Source: Phaeosaccion multiseriatum (lineage: Eukaryota > Protista > Ochrophyta, other classes). From it: DNA of 64,000 bases. Positions 25,682-38,913 of this stretch are shown in pieces. The notes below the pieces were generated by a model. The model made no database searches and had not been told where the DNA came from. It saw nothing but the letters and a program-made list of their open reading frames with translations. The stretch is taken from contig OZ218956.1 in assembly GCA_965112735.1 (NCBI GenBank), forward strand, positions 372,001-436,000, given 5' to 3'. The number at the start of each line of letters is the position of its first letter. Position 1 is the first letter of the stretch. Made by a program: the position numbers and the translations under genes.

Positions 25682-28349
25682 TTCAATGAGCCGCCCCCGC
25701 TGCCGAGAGAGTGGCGGGTGGCCTACGACGAGGAGGGCAATTCGTACTTTTGGAACGAAGAGACGGGCGAGTCTGCATGGGACAGACCCGTCTTGCCCTT
25801 GGAGGGAGGCCACACTGGCCACCGACGGGGGCAGCAGCACCAGCAGGCTCGACAGGCAGCGGGAGAGCGAGGGGCGTCTGTGTGGACCTCTGGTTTGGTG
25901 GCGACCCCCCCTCCCGCCGCCGCTGCAGCCCCAGCTGCTGCTGCCGCTGGCGGTGATGGTGATGGTGACGGAGATGATCAAGAAGGAGAAGGCGGAGAGG
26001 TAGGTGAGGGGCCTGCTGGTCCCCTTGGAGAAGGAGGAGGTGGTGGGGGGGGGAGCATCGGTGCTTTAAGCACGAGGGTGGAGCAGCTGGCCGAGTCACT
26101 GGAAACAACGAGGGGCGCTGTAGACGAGCTCCGGTCTCAGATGCAGGCCCTCACTGACTTCACAAGAGAGGGTGTGCTGCTGCAAGAGCCCGAGGGGGCT
26201 GCATCTGCAGGGGCCGCGCCTGGAGGAGCAGGGGGGAGGGGGGTCAGGGGAGGTTTCCGGGTCGAGATGGACTTCCTTGTGGCGGAGGTGCGGGAGGGGA
26301 GGAGGAGGGCGGAGCAGGCGGGGGAGCAGGCACGGGCGGCACTCGACGCCAATCGCGCGACGCAGGCGGCGTGCAAGAGAACAGGTGTGTGTGGGTGCGT
26401 GTGTGGGTGCGTGTGTGGGTGCGTGTGTGGGTGCGTGTGTGGGTGGCTGTAGCTGTGGCTGCAGCTTTGGTGTGTGCGATAGCGATTGGTGTTTCTTGCT
26501 GCGTATATTGTGGTGTGGCTTGTGGCGGCAGCGGCAGACACAACTTGTGGGGCTTATGGCTTAGCAACCTTTGGCGTGACACCACCTCATCTTACCCTCG
26601 CGCACGCTCTCTCTCTCTTTGTGTGCCTCCTTCAGAGTCCATTGCGAAGGCCATTGCTGTGCAATCACTCGATCACGCCGAGGAGCAGAGGGCGCAGGTA
26701 TGGGGGGGGAGGATGGCAATGGATGGGTGGATGGACTTTCGGAAGGAGTGTGCAGTTTCAGTTTCAGTTTGACGGATACCCTTGAGTATCCTTGAGTATC
26801 ACGGCGTGAGGTTATAGGTGAAGGTGAAGGTCCCATGCCTACCTACCCCTACGCACCACGTTCATACCCCATTCCTCCGTCCGTCCTGTCGGATCAGGTG
26901 GTGCGGCTTATGGAGGGCATGGAGAAGCGAGTTCAATCCCTCGTGAGAGGCAACGAGGAGGAGGAGGAGGAGGAGGAGGAGGAGGAGGAGGAGGAGGAGA
27001 AGGGGGGGGAGGGGGCAGGAGGGGATGAGGGGATAGCGGATTCGGTAGTGCGGGAGAGACAGATCCGGCGACGGGCACAGCGCAAGCACAAGGAGCAGCT
27101 GCAGGAGAGTGTGGAGCGGCTCGGGGAGCAGCAAGTGGCGCTGGCCAGCAAGTTCGGTGAGCAAGAGCAGTCCTTCGCAAAGTTCCTGTCCCTGTACGCC
27201 AGGACGCAAGAAGAAGTGTTCCAGAGGATAGAGGCATCCTCATCCTCCTCCTCCTCCTCCTCCTCACCTGCGGCTGGTGGCGGCGGTGGTGGTGGTGGTG
27301 GTCCTCGACGCGAGAAGGGGGGGGGGGAGTCGGCACGAGCAGGAACAAGGGCGGGCTATGACTTTTTCCTGCACAACACGGACGACGACACCGAGCCTTA
27401 CGGGGGGGCGCACAGTCGAGGAGTAGCGAGGAGGAGGCGGGGGGGGGCGGGGGCGAGAAGGGCTATTAGAGCAGGTGCACCAGCGGCCCTCGCTTCCAAG
27501 GCCAAGAGAGCGTATCAGAGAGCGTCTCAAAGGGCTTCGCACGCTCGCAAGGCCGCTCTTCGGGGGGAGGGAGGGATGCGGAGTGGGAGTGGCGGGGCAG
27601 CGACTGTAACAGCAGCTGGAATAGGGAGGGGCGCTGAGAGCGAGAGGTGGGGAGGGGAGGGGGGGAGGTATAGTGCGAGATTGAGGTATCGCACGCAGAA
27701 TATATATTGCCCGCTGTCTGACGGGGCGGAGGGCCGCAAGAGAAGAGTGAGGAAGAGAGAGCGGGCGGCCGCGGCGCCGTGGGGGGGGCAGCCGAAGCAG
27801 CAGCCGCCACGGAGAAGGATGGCAGAGTACGGGGGAGGAGGAGGCGGAGGAGGAGGAGGAGGAGGAGGAGGAGGAGGAGGAGGAGGAGGAGGAGGAGGAG
27901 GAGGCTTGCGTGAGGGTAGTATTGGTGTGAGAAGGGTGGGGGTGGGGGCGATGACGAGCGGCACATCTGTAACCGCCGCCTCCCTGTTTAAGACAGCGGC
28001 CAGAGTGTCGAGGAGCGGCTTGGATAGAGGAGGGGCGGAGCAAGGGCAGGTCTGGCTGGAAGAAGGGCGAGAGGGAGGAGGAGGAGGAGGAGGAGGAGGA
28101 GGAGGAGGAGGAGGAGGAGGGCAAGGAGAAGGAGGAGGGGGGGGGGGATCGAGTGGCAGGCGGCACTCTTGTCTGGTGTACGAACAAGAGGAGACGGAGG
28201 ACGACGAGGAGGAGGAGGAGGAGCAGGAGGACGAGGGGGAGGCGCCGCCATGGGTGCCGCCGGCCTCTCTGGTGGCTCATCTTGGTGACCGCAGTCTGAG
28301 GCTCCCCCGCGCCCGGGCTATAGTGGGAGGCGCCTCCTCTTGTTCTTCT

Positions 28350-28393
<44 letters not shown>

Positions 28394-28502
28394 GAGGGAC
28401 AGTATCGACAGCCTTAAGGTGGAATCGTCCGTAGAGGTCGGACGGGAGGACGGGGGGGATGGCAGTGGACGGGAGGGGGAGGCCAAGGCGGGGTGGGTTT
28501 AG
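24448..28502 (+). CDS. Coiled-coil protein with a WW domain, multi-exon
   Basis: Exons from MLRPHDHSQGGSYWEQH..YINYLELQLERVSAAC, LEDKVLNVAKLVRLAQTY, and a large exon with WW domain PLPREWRVAYDEEGNSYFWNEETGESAWDRP. Terminal Gly/Glu-rich exon ends at 28502. Confidence 0.8.
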
Positions 28503-28772
28503 TTGGAGTCTTACTGACCTCGATGTATTGGCCGTTTTATCTGCGCAAGCACTTAAACCTAAAACTCAAACTCGCCTCATTGAGGCCTCGTCAATCACCG
28601 CCTTCCTCCGGCTGTGCCGTGCCTCACTCTGCTCGAGCCTCAAGTCCCTCCCGTCTCTACTCTCCACCCCTCTCTTCCCTCCCTCTCTATCTACTCTCCA
28701 CCCCTCTCTTCCCTCCCTCTCTATCTACACTCCACCCCTCTCCACCCTCCCTGCTAGCGCTTTCACATCCTT

Positions 28773-31572
28773 TTATCTTGCGCGAATGCTTCGCTCTTGG
28801 CGGTCGCGGTGACGCAGCGGAGGCAGTGCTCGTGCTCGGTCGTTAGTGGTGGCGGTAGCAGCAGGAGGTGGTGATCCAACAGCCCTGGCGCCGCTCTTGC
28901 CCCTGCTGCCCCGCTTGGCCGCGCCGCTACTCACAGCCAAAGTTGGCTTGAAGAGGTGCTCCGTTGACTCCAAGGGGAAGTACCTGCTTACGAAAAACAC
29001 CGTTACAGAGAGGGAAGGCACAGAAAGAGGGGCGGGCGTCCGGCGGCTGGCGTGAGTTAGGTAGGGATACACCGCGCAGAGATCGGACGTCCATTGACGT
29101 CCATTCCGATTCGGCGATTCGGAGCATATGGCAGTCCGACAAAGGCAACGAGTCAACAATTGTCTGCGTGTATGTCAACAATTGTCTGTATACATGCCCG
29201 CTCACTCCCCGATCGTACCTCAGTGGAAAGTTGCTGCCCCTGGACCGGTCGCCCCTGCCCCTGCTGCTTGCCGCGGCGGACGGACCAGCAAGGCCAGACC
29301 TTGGCCCCGACTCCACTACGCTCGAGGCAGACCTTCCATTGCGCCCAGACCCAGCCAGCGATATCGTACCCTCCGCCCCCCCCTCCTCTTCCAGGCTCTC
29401 TGGTCGCTCCACATGTCGGCCCTTCCCTCGCGGCTCCTGGTCCTGCTCTCCCTCCGTCCCAGAAGGCGCCCCCCTCCCTGCCTTGCTGGATGAGCCGCTC
29501 CTCTCTCTCTTCTTCCCTTCGCGCCCTCCCCCACCTACACCTGCACCTGCCGTCCCCAGACCACCCAGTCCTGCTGTATCACCAACTGCTGCTGTCTTGT
29601 CCACGCTGGCTTTTGCTTCTCTCCCTCCTACCTCTGCCGCCGATGGTATTGATGATCTAGCCGCTGCCTCTGGTACCACCCTGCGGTCGCCCTCCTGTCG
29701 AGCATCTCGAGGAGGAGTGCGTCGGAACTGAAACTGGAACTGCCTCCCCTCCCACTCCCAAACCTCTGGCTGCTGTTGCTGTTGCAGCTGTAGGTGGTGG
29801 TGGTGGTGCTGCTGCTGTTCCTGTTGGTGGAGGTGGTGGTGGTGGTGGTGGTGGTGCTGGTGCTGTTGTTGTCGTTGCTGCTGAGCGACGAACGAGTAAG
29901 GCGGGGGAGCACTACTGAGTACAGCAGGCAGAGGAAGGGCCCTCCGCCACTGGGAGATAGCCCCCTTAGGGTGCCTTCTCTCCGACATGGGCGCGTAGTA
30001 GGCCTCTGATGAGAGGGCTTGCTGCCGCCGTTGCTGCTCCCGCTGCTCCCGCTGCTCCTGCTGCTGCTGATACCAGTCGATGTGGAAGCTGATCTGCTGC
30101 TGTCCCACCAGCTCCTGCTGCTGCTGCCGCTCCCGCCAAGGAGGGGGAGGAGGGGACTCAATTCGAGCTTGCTGTCGGCTTGACTCTGCACTACGCAGCC
30201 GAACCTTCTGAGCTTGCTTAGGGTCCTCTTCCTCTCTTCTCCACAGCTGCTGCTGTTGCTGCTCCTCCTCCTCATGCTGCTTCTGTACCACCAACTGCGA
30301 GGGGGCTTTGGCAGCAGCGTCCTTCACCTCGTCCTGCATGAGCAGGAGCTGCGCAGAGACCTTCTTCTTGAGCGTCTCCAGCTCTGCCGCATGCGCCCTT
30401 CGCTGCTCCTTCAACGCGATATGCAGCCTCTCCTCCTCCTGTCCACGCCCCTCCCCCGACTCCCCTGACTTAGTGCCTGACCCTCCTGATCTTACTGACG
30501 ACACCACCCTCCCATCCTCAGTAGCATCCCCCCCGCCCATCTCCTCGCCCTCCGTTAGGCTCACGCTCGCTCTGTCAGCGCCCGCCTCCGCCTCCTCTGT
30601 GCGGGGAGCCACTTCCCCTTCCCCGAGAGGCTTCTCTCGCGCTTCTTGCAATGGAGCCTCGTCCTCGTCCTGCGACTGATCCTCATGCTCATCCTCTTTC
30701 TTCACATCCGTCATTTGTTGCACGGCGTGCTCAAGGTGACCAGCCCTGTCCTGTCGACTGTCCTGCTCAGGGCCCTGCTCCTGCTCCTGCTGCTCCTTCT
30801 CGTTCTCCTGCTGCTGATCTCTTTGGTCGTTCTCGCTCTCCTTATACACCTTCTCTCGACCCCCGTGCTCATTCTCGCTACTCTCGGCCTGAGGTTTCTC
30901 CTGCGACCCCCCCCGCCCCCGCTCCTGCCCTGGCTCCTCCTCCGCCTGCCCTTTCCCCTCTCCCTTCTCCCCCCTCGTCTCCTCCTCCTTCTCCTGCCCA
31001 TCTCTTTGGTCATGATCTTTCTCCACGTCAGTCATCTGCCCCTCACCGTGCCCCTTCTCGTCTCTCGCGTTCTGATTATCGTCATGCTTCTGATTTTGCT
31101 CATCCTTCTGCTGCCCCTGCCCCTGCTCCTGTCCCTGCTTCTCCCCCTTCTCCAACCGTTGAGCACTGTCTTTGCCGTTCTTTCTTTCGCTCTTTGCCCC
31201 ACCTCCTCCTCGTGCTTCGGGCTCCTCTTCGCTTTTCTTCCTCTTCCCTCTCCCTTCTTTAACCCCCTCCTCTCCCTCCTCCACTTCAATCCCTTCTTCT
31301 TCATCTTCTCCTTTGTCTCTGAGGCACGCGCCGTCCTGCTGCCCTCTTCGCTCCGTATCCGTCTCTACTTCTGAGGTCTGCTCATCAGCACCTTGTCTTC
31401 CAGCACCACCATCAGCGACCGCAGATTCCCCCTCTACAGCTGCGACAGCAGTGACTCCGCCAGTGGAGGAGGCCCTCCTGCTGTTCACAGCTGCAGAAGC
31501 AGCCTGGGCGACAGCTACGGCTTCAGCCACAACGGCTGCCCGCTCGGCCCTACTCAAGCGCCGAATAGCCAT
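28773..31572 (-). CDS. Hypothetical E/Q/K-rich low-complexity protein (2 exons)
   Basis: Long ORF from MAIRRLSRAE (31572). Intron CTGAG|gtacga..taagcag|GTACTTC joins NFPLR to YFPLESTEHLFKP, stop at 28773. No recognisable domain. Confidence 0.6.
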
Positions 31573-31655
31573 ACTTGCCCCTCTTCCCCCAGGTTGTATT
31601 GACGTGTTCGTATGGGAGTACCCCACGCCGGTAAAACAGGGGGTAAGTCGATCGT

Positions 31656-33100
31656 ATGTCTCCGGTAGGGCCACGGGCCACCGCTGATAAACGGTTTCGT
31701 TTTCCGATGGCGGTTTCCTCGCCTCCCCCCATGCCCTCACACCCACTCTGCCCAGAAAGAGAGGCTTTATCGGCAATGATGCCGAATCGTCTTCTGGCGC
31801 TGCCAGACTCTCCAGCCAACGCATCCCTGTCTGTGCTGGGGGAGATGCAGGCCGAACTGAAAAGACGAGGTCTGGTTGTCGGGTTGGCGGAGAGACAGGA
31901 GCAAGAGAAGGCGAAAGAGCGGGATCCCTTCTTCGGGATGAAGGAGGAAGATCGCAAGGCCTTGATAAGGGGGAAGCAAGGTCTACAGATGGTCCTGAAG
32001 GAGAAGAGGGCGGCGGAGGAGGTGGCGGCCCGGCAGAGGGAAAGGCGGCTAGAGATCAGGTTTCGAGTGCGGCTTGTGCTTCAAAGGAGCAGGAATATCC
32101 TGCATAGACACGTCACTCAATGGCAGGACTTGAGAGCGGCGCGCGAGGGGGGGGGGCAAGAGCAGGCGGGGAGACGGAGACCGAGGAGTGGCAAGGTCGA
32201 GAGCGCAGTTGCCGACGAGCTCGGAATCACTCGCGCACGGAGACGAGTTGCGGCCTGGGCCAGGCGTGAGCTGAACGCCGCGAGGGAGGCCCGGGAGGAG
32301 GCGGAGATGAAACGGGACGACTACTACGTCTGGATAAAGGAGTGGAAGGTGAGTTGACTGTGGACTGTGAGAGGAGGAAGAGATGATGCAGATGAGAGAG
32401 AGTTATGACCAACAAGAGTGATTGGACAGGGGGGGGACTGCAAGTCATGCTCCTTCGTTAATAGCCTCGTTGCTCGCTTCCCTTGTAATGCAATTAAAAA
32501 AAATTGCCGTCCTTACCATATCCTCTTGTGCAGGACAAAGAGGCTGCCAAGTTAGAGAGAAGACGGCGGCTGATGGGCGGCGTGCAAGAGCTGGTCCAAC
32601 CGCCCTGGCGGGGGGGTCACTGCCTCGACGCACCAGCCAGGCCGGCGAGCGCGGCTGCCGCTACTCCTGACGGCTCACCCCAACGCACACATCAGGATAA
32701 GGACAGGGACTACGCCGCTGCGGAGAGGTCCGCTCGGTTTGCGGCTGAGCGGCGGAAAGAGCTGAGGAGGGAGAAACGGGAGATGAAGCAGCGCTTAGAG
32801 GCATACATCGAGAGCAGGGAGAGGAGCCTGGCAAGGGCTGAGAGGGCCTTTGGGGAGAGAGAGGAGAGGGCGAGGGAGGAGAGGAGGCAGCGGAAGCGAG
32901 CAGAGGAGGAGAAGAGGAGCAAACTTGATGCGGACCTCCGACGAGCAGACCAGAGAGACATTGAGTCTGCGAAACGGGGGGCGCGGCAGGCCAACAAGAG
33001 GGTTGTGCGGGCCCTAAAAAGAGAGAAGAAGCGGGCACTCCTCGAAGAGACGGCTAGGAGAGCACAGAGCAGGCGGGGGGGGCATCAGAGGCAGCCATAG
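31656..33100 (+). CDS. Hypothetical charged coiled-coil protein (2 exons)
   Basis: Exon 1 ends WIKEWK|gtgagt (32348); exon 2 starts gcag|GACAAAGAG (DKEAAKLERRR) in phase and is R/E-rich. Start codon uncertain. Confidence 0.65.
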
Positions 33101-33441
33101 CTCGAGGGAGGGCGACGGTGACGCTCGAGCGACTGCGGAATGAAGTCTCGCCCCTCTCGTGAGCCTTCTCTTTCGCCTCCTCGTCCAATAGCTTGGCTTC
33201 CTTCTCCCTCTCGTGGGCCTTCTCCTTCATCTTCTCGTCGAACAGCTTGGCCTCCGTCTCCCTCATGGCTTGGAGGTGTGCCAATACGGTAGAACTCCTT
33301 CCTCACTCCCTCCTTCTCACCATCCACTCCTTGTGCTCCTCCCAAGCTCAGCCCCAGGTAGCTGCCCCATCTGCTCAACGCCTGCTCTACTGCCTCCTCC
33401 TTCCTGCTCACTGCTGCGATACTCGCCTGTATGTCCTCCAT
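33054..33441 (-). pseudogene. Frameshifted short coiled-coil ORF
   Basis: MEDIQASIAAVSRKEEAVEQALSRWGSYLG..EFYR continues naturally only in another frame (LAHLQAMRETEAKLFDEKMKEKAHEREKEAKLLDEEAKEKAHE). Confidence 0.35.
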
Positions 33442-33445
33442 TCTG

Positions 33446-33536
33446 GAAGCTGGGGAGGAGGTTCGGAGCGTTACAGAAGCTGGGGAGGAGGTTCGGAGCG
33501 TTACAGAAGCTGGGGAGGAGGTTCGGAGCGTTACAG
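33446..33536. repeat. 30-bp tandem repeat x3 (GAAGCTGGGGAGGAGGTTCGGAGCGTTACA)
   Basis: Three exact copies immediately upstream of the frameshifted ORF. Confidence 0.92.
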
Positions 33537-33873
33537 GGTAGGAGGAAGCGTAAAAGCACTTTCTTGACGCACATGAATCAACCTAGTAAGTAGCAAATGC
33601 GTGTGTGTGTGTGTGTGTGGATATCGTGTGTGGCAAAGGTTTTATTGTGTGAAGGTGTTATGTGTGAAGGCCGCCAGCCTGAGCTGTGAGGCCTCGACGA
33701 TTCTAGCACCAACACGTTGAATTTTTGGTCCCCTCTTCCTTCCTCTCTCACCGCACCTCCTTCAGTTTCCTAGATGATTCCTATTAAGTCAATTCAATCT
33801 CCTTCCTCTCTTCCAATCTTCTCTTGTATAGTACTACATTGTTCAGTAGTACTTGTGTTAAAGAAGAAGAAGT

Positions 33874-34797
33874 TCAGTAGTCCGCCTCGCCCACCTCGAA
33901 CATCCCTGCAGAGAATCCCGCATCTCCGGGAGGCTGCCCCCCTTCGCCCTCGCTGTCCACACTCCCTCCACTCCCCTCCCCCTCCCCCTCCCCCTCCTCC
34001 CCCTCCTCCCCCAGTAGGCCTAAGCCTTCCTCCCCCCTCCTCCTGCTGCCCCCCTGCACACCCTCCGCCCCTCCTTCCTCTCGGAATGCCGCCTCCTTCC
34101 GCGCCGCCAAAGCCCGATGGCGTGTGTACCAGGGAGTTAGAGGGGTGCCCGCCTCTTTGGCTCCGGCCACGAGTGCTCGGGATTTGACAATGGCCTCCCG
34201 TAGATCTGCGAAGGTCTTGGAGTTAGCGAGTGTGTTGCGGATGCCAACGTCGAGGGTGCAGCCTGCAGAAAGACATGGGTCCGTCGGTCATAAGGAAGCG
34301 CACGACCGAGGGGAAGCGCATCATGGCACAGCGGCAGGCGGCAGCGGGGTGGTGGACAAGCTGAGGGGTCAGCGATAAGAGAGAGAACTAAGCAGAGGCG
34401 CTGGGAGTGGTACGTAGGCGAATGGCGTCCGCAGAGAGTGAGTGAGGGAGGCAGGGAGGGAGGGGGGGAGGGAGGGAGGGAGGGGGGGAGGGAGGGAGAG
34501 CTTTCGAATGTCCTCCGCCGACTCCTCCACTCACTACTCACTACTGTAGCTCTAACTCCGCACTCACTCGCGTACAGCAGCTTGAACATGTGTTGCCTCT
34601 CTATCTGTATGTTGCCGGCAGGGGTCCTACTCGGGTGCTGCTCCGATAGCTCAAGGAATTCCTCTGCCATGTCTTCCAGACTCCTTTGCTCTGTCCACAG
34701 ATGGCAGCAGACAGGCAGTCAGGGAGACAGTCAGGGAGACAGTCAGGGAGGAAGAAACACGCCCGACGCAGCAGGGGGCGGCGTGGGCTTGTTGCGG

Positions 34798-34849
<52 letters not shown>

Positions 34850-34972
34850 GGCGTACTCCATTTTCAACGAAGTAGAATAGAACGAAGACGGATTCCCTTC
34901 CCCTCGAAGGGCCAAGCCCATGTACATTGGGACAGAACTACACGAACAACAAGTACACGAACACACAAACAC

Positions 34973-35052
<80 letters not shown>

Positions 35053-35555
35053 CTCCAGCTTCTGTGAGTCCCTTGGTGAACAAGCCCGGATCCCCGAGGA
35101 TTGCCTCTGAAACCATCACCCCATCACAGCCCGTCTCCTCCATGCAGCGGTGCACGTCCTCCACGCAAGAGATGCCCCCGTTGGCGAACACAGGAACGGG
35201 GACGGCCTCCTGAGGGGAAGGAGAGGAGGAACGCACAGAGGGCAGAGGATGGGGGAGCGGATGGGGCAGCGGAACCAAGGGCAGGGGCAGGGCGGAGGTA
35301 TCAGAGCTTCGTTTCGTGCTGCTTACTTAAGAGAGGCTGACTCACTGGGTCGCCGCCAAGTAGAGAGCAGGTAGGAGCTTGTTTGCCAATCCCTAATCAA
35401 CCAATCAACCAATCAATCAGTAGTCACTAGGCCCTCCCTCCATCGGGCTGCGCGACAGCTGCTACCCAAGAAGGCATGCTGTGAGAGCAGTGGGGTAGCC
35501 CCATCCCGGCAGGCAGACACGCACGCACGCACGCACACACACACACACACGCACT

Positions 35556-35600
<45 letters not shown>

Positions 35601-37118
35601 GCGCGCACACACACACATACACACACACACACCTTCAGCCTTCGGATGGCCTCCCAATCGGCGGGGCACAGGGCTTGACCCTTTTGGTGTCTATTGCGGC
35701 CATGCACAGTCACCCACACGGCTCCGGCGGCGACCAAGCGTTTCACCAGGGCCAGAGTGTCCTCGAAGCCGGATGGCAGTAGACGGATCTTCACCGTCAC
35801 AGGCACGCTCAGGCCTAACAGGAGGGCGGGTGGGGCAGCAAGTAGTGGGGCATATGATGGGCGTTCTTGTGTTTGTGTGTGTGCGTGAGAGAGAGAGAGA
35901 GAGAGAGAGAGAGGAGGAGGAGGAAGACAGGGTTCTCCTTCCCCCCGTCGTCGCCAGCGGCAAGAGGTGGGGTTCCGCTGTCTCCCCCGCCCCATACTTT
36001 TGGGATTGACTGCCGTCCTCCCAGCCGGATTGTGCCTGACTTGACCACCGTTGCCTTGCCTGCTGCCAGCCTGCAGTCTGCCAAGTCCTCACCTTCGGAC
36101 ATGGTTCTGACTACCTTCTCCAATGTGTCCGGCTCCTCCAGCAGATAGGCTCCATAACGGCCCTTCCTGGCGATGCCCTGCGGACAGCCGCAGTTGATGT
36201 CTACAGCATCTGTGTAGGGCTCCACGTACTTGGCAGCCTCTAGCATGGTATCCTGCAGGGGAGGGATGGCAGTGGATGGGGAGGGAGGGAGACGGGGAGA
36301 GGGAGAGAGTGGCCAGAGAGAGGGTGGGTGAGGGGGAGAGTGAGGGTTCGAGGAAAGGGGATAGAACAACACCGCCCCAAGAGGCTGGCACCCCCCACGC
36401 ATGATCAGGTACGCACCCACTCACCGGCTCGTGTCCGCAGAATTGCGTGACGAGGGGCCTGTCTCCCTTGACCTGCGGCTGCACGTCCTGCAGGAAGTTG
36501 GTACGTCGGTAGTGCTCCGATCGGGTGAACACCGTGCTGCTGATCATGGGGGTATAGCACAGCTGCGCCCCATAGCGACGCGTCAACAGGCTGCAAAGGG
36601 GTGTAACGCGGGTGAGAGGGGGGTAGGTGCACACGTTCAAGGGCGTCGGGGGGGGGGGTTATGGCGCACGAGGGGGGTTCGAGCTGGAGGAAAGTAGAGA
36701 GATTGGAAAATACTTTGATCATTGGAGGCTGAATAGTCCCCATCTACTTTGCTTCGTTCTGCCTTTCTAACCCTCAGCCCAGCCTTGGGTGTGCGTGTCG
36801 CGACTCCACGTCTCGGCTTGACAAAAGCCTCAAGAGCCACACAGCACCACCCTCTCACTCCTCCGCGACTTCTACCCTCAAGCATATCCTGATAAGCACT
36901 GTTCGCTCCTGTCTGAGGACGTGCGCCTCACAGTGAGCTGGCCCGGCTCCAGCTTACCGAAAGGCGAGTCCGCTCTGGTCGACCATTGGTGCTACGACGA
37001 GCCGAGGAGAGCCGATTTTCCTGAACAAATTATAACCCCTCACCCCGGAGGCCGCAATCCGCTCCTCCATCGTCAGGGAGGCTGGTGGTGGCACCGCTTG
37101 TGCTTGTGGTGTCTCCAT
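33874..37118 (-). CDS. DUS1: tRNA-dihydrouridine synthase 1-like, 7 exons
   Basis: Exons: [19 protein letters not shown]|[26 protein letters not shown]|[22 protein letters not shown]|[22 protein letters not shown]|[26 protein letters not shown]|QHMFKLL|..WYTRHR. Confidence 0.93.
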
Positions 37119-37343
37119 GTCTCAACGATGAGAATTTCACAGGGTGGAGGCCTCTCTCTCTCTCCTCCTTCCCCCTTCCCTCTTGCCATCTGTGACTTGG
37201 AAAAAATTCCCTCCTTTTCCCTCCTTTTCCTGGATCTTTCCCGAGAGAGAGAGAGCGAGAGCGCGCGCAAGAGCGCCTCCGATCTGCTCACACTTAGATG
37301 TAGAGGGAAAGACTTGGTCCCCAATCCCAGGAGCACCACCGCC

Positions 37344-38339
37344 ATGTCACAAACTCATTTGGATGCGAGGATGCCTCACAATCAAATTGCTGAGCTTTTT
37401 GCCTCAGCCAAAAAGGCCAAGTCCCCTGTGGACGTACAAGCCATTAGCCGCGCTTTGTGGCATGTGGCGAATGAGTTCAACGTGATTTTGAACGACTTCA
37501 GGTCCTCCGAGCCGGCGAGACTGCGGAATCTGGGGAGAAGTCCACCGCCGACAGAAAAAGTAGGGCTTGAATTGTCTTGGGACCCCGTTTCGGAGGCCTT
37601 CCCTTCTGAGCGCGAGGACACAGGCCTCAGGTCTGACCCCGGCGGCAAATTCGCAACTCTAGCCCAGTGGCGAGACACGCCGGTGGAGGGATATGATGAC
37701 AGGGCAACCACGCTCATCACTCTCATCGTGCACGACAAGATGGAGACTCTTCATCGACTTGTCGCTGGCGGTGTCGATTTGAAGGCCTTAGTACGTCTGC
37801 CTTGCCATGTTGGAGGGGGGCTTCATGTCCTCCTTGAGGCCAATATTGCGGCTTACATTTGGCTGAACCAACTGCTTCTCTTGGGAAGCAGTCTGCCCTG
37901 GGACATCATCGACACATCGGGCTACACACCCACCCTCGCCGAAGGCGTCACCGGAGACTACTCTCGTCAGCTCGCGGCTTTTAGAGCGCTGGCGGAGTTG
38001 ACCGACGCTTACGATAATCGCTCCTTTCGCAATGCGAAGCACTTGCGGGACCTCTACATGAGCATCAGAGACAAAACGCTCGATTTGTGTGCCATCCGGA
38101 CCCTGCTAAAGGAGCGCATTTGGCCGGAGCTGGTCCGACTCTCCCACATCCTGCTCTACAACGAGGTTCAGCACCGAGCCGTGCCATTCGAATCTCTCGA
38201 GGACCCTTCCTCACCGGGGGTCCAGTACCCATACCTGCGGGTGGAGGAAGTGGTTTATGAAACGATTGGCTGGGTGCTTAGGGGCAGCATTCCACCTATC
38301 GAAGGCGTCAAGCGTCGTGACTTGTTCTCCCGCCAGTGA
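37344..38339 (+). CDS. Intronless 331-aa orphan protein of unknown function
   Basis: ATG in CACCGCCATG context, uninterrupted ORF with globular-protein composition and no microsatellites. The upstream part of the 472-aa ORF is antisense to DUS1 exon 1. Confidence 0.75.
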   Translation: MSQTHLDARMPHNQIAELFASAKKAKSPVDVQAISRALWHVANEFNVILNDFRSSEPARLRNLGRSPPPTEKVGLELSWDPVSEAFPSEREDTGLRSDPGGKFATLAQWRDTPVEGYDDRATTLITLIVHDKMETLHRLVAGGVDLKALVRLPCHVGGGLHVLLEANIAAYIWLNQLLLLGSSLPWDIIDTSGYTPTLAEGVTGDYSRQLAAFRALAELTDAYDNRSFRNAKHLRDLYMSIRDKTLDLCAIRTLLKERIWPELVRLSHILLYNEVQHRAVPFESLEDPSSPGVQYPYLRVEEVVYETIGWVLRGSIPPIEGVKRRDLFSRQ

Positions 38340-38470
38340 GGGGAGAGGACGGAGGGGAGCGAGGCGCGCGCGTGAGCGACGCTCAGACGGGTGTGGGCGT
38401 GTGCGTGAACGTGAATAAAGTTCGCCTTGTGCCTCGTTTGATGCTGGCCCCCAGAGTGTGACGGCCATGT

Positions 38471-38550
<80 letters not shown>

Positions 38551-38913
38551 GCGTGTGCGTGTGTGTGTGTGCGTATTTGTGTGTGCGTGTGTGCGTGTCA
38601 GTCAAGCAAATGCCTGACACGTCAGGGCTATGTACATAAATCGTTATTCAATACAGTCTGGCAAAAGAGCAAGAGGAGGGGCTATATATATTCATACATA
38701 GGTATATCGATATCGGCGCAGTAGTGCTCCTCCCCCCCCCCTGTTTCCCACTCTACAAACCAAAGTGGGAGTCACACTTAACTCCCACTTTCTTACCCAT
38801 ATATGCCATTCTTTTGCTCCAAAGCTGTGGGGGTTTCTCACCCCCTGTGACCCATCCATCCATCCACCCATCTGTGTGTTCCCCGCGGCCATCGTCCACA
38901 GCCGTCGGACGCT

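Noticed and set aside
31656-31824. Overlapping antisense coding of the 965-aa and 233-aa ORFs
   Set aside because: The overlap disappears if the minus gene starts at the downstream ATG 31572; no evidence for dual coding.
36921-37343. N-terminal 141 aa of the 472-aa ORF
   Set aside because: GTG start, antisense to DUS1 exon 1 and its promoter; the likely start is 37344.
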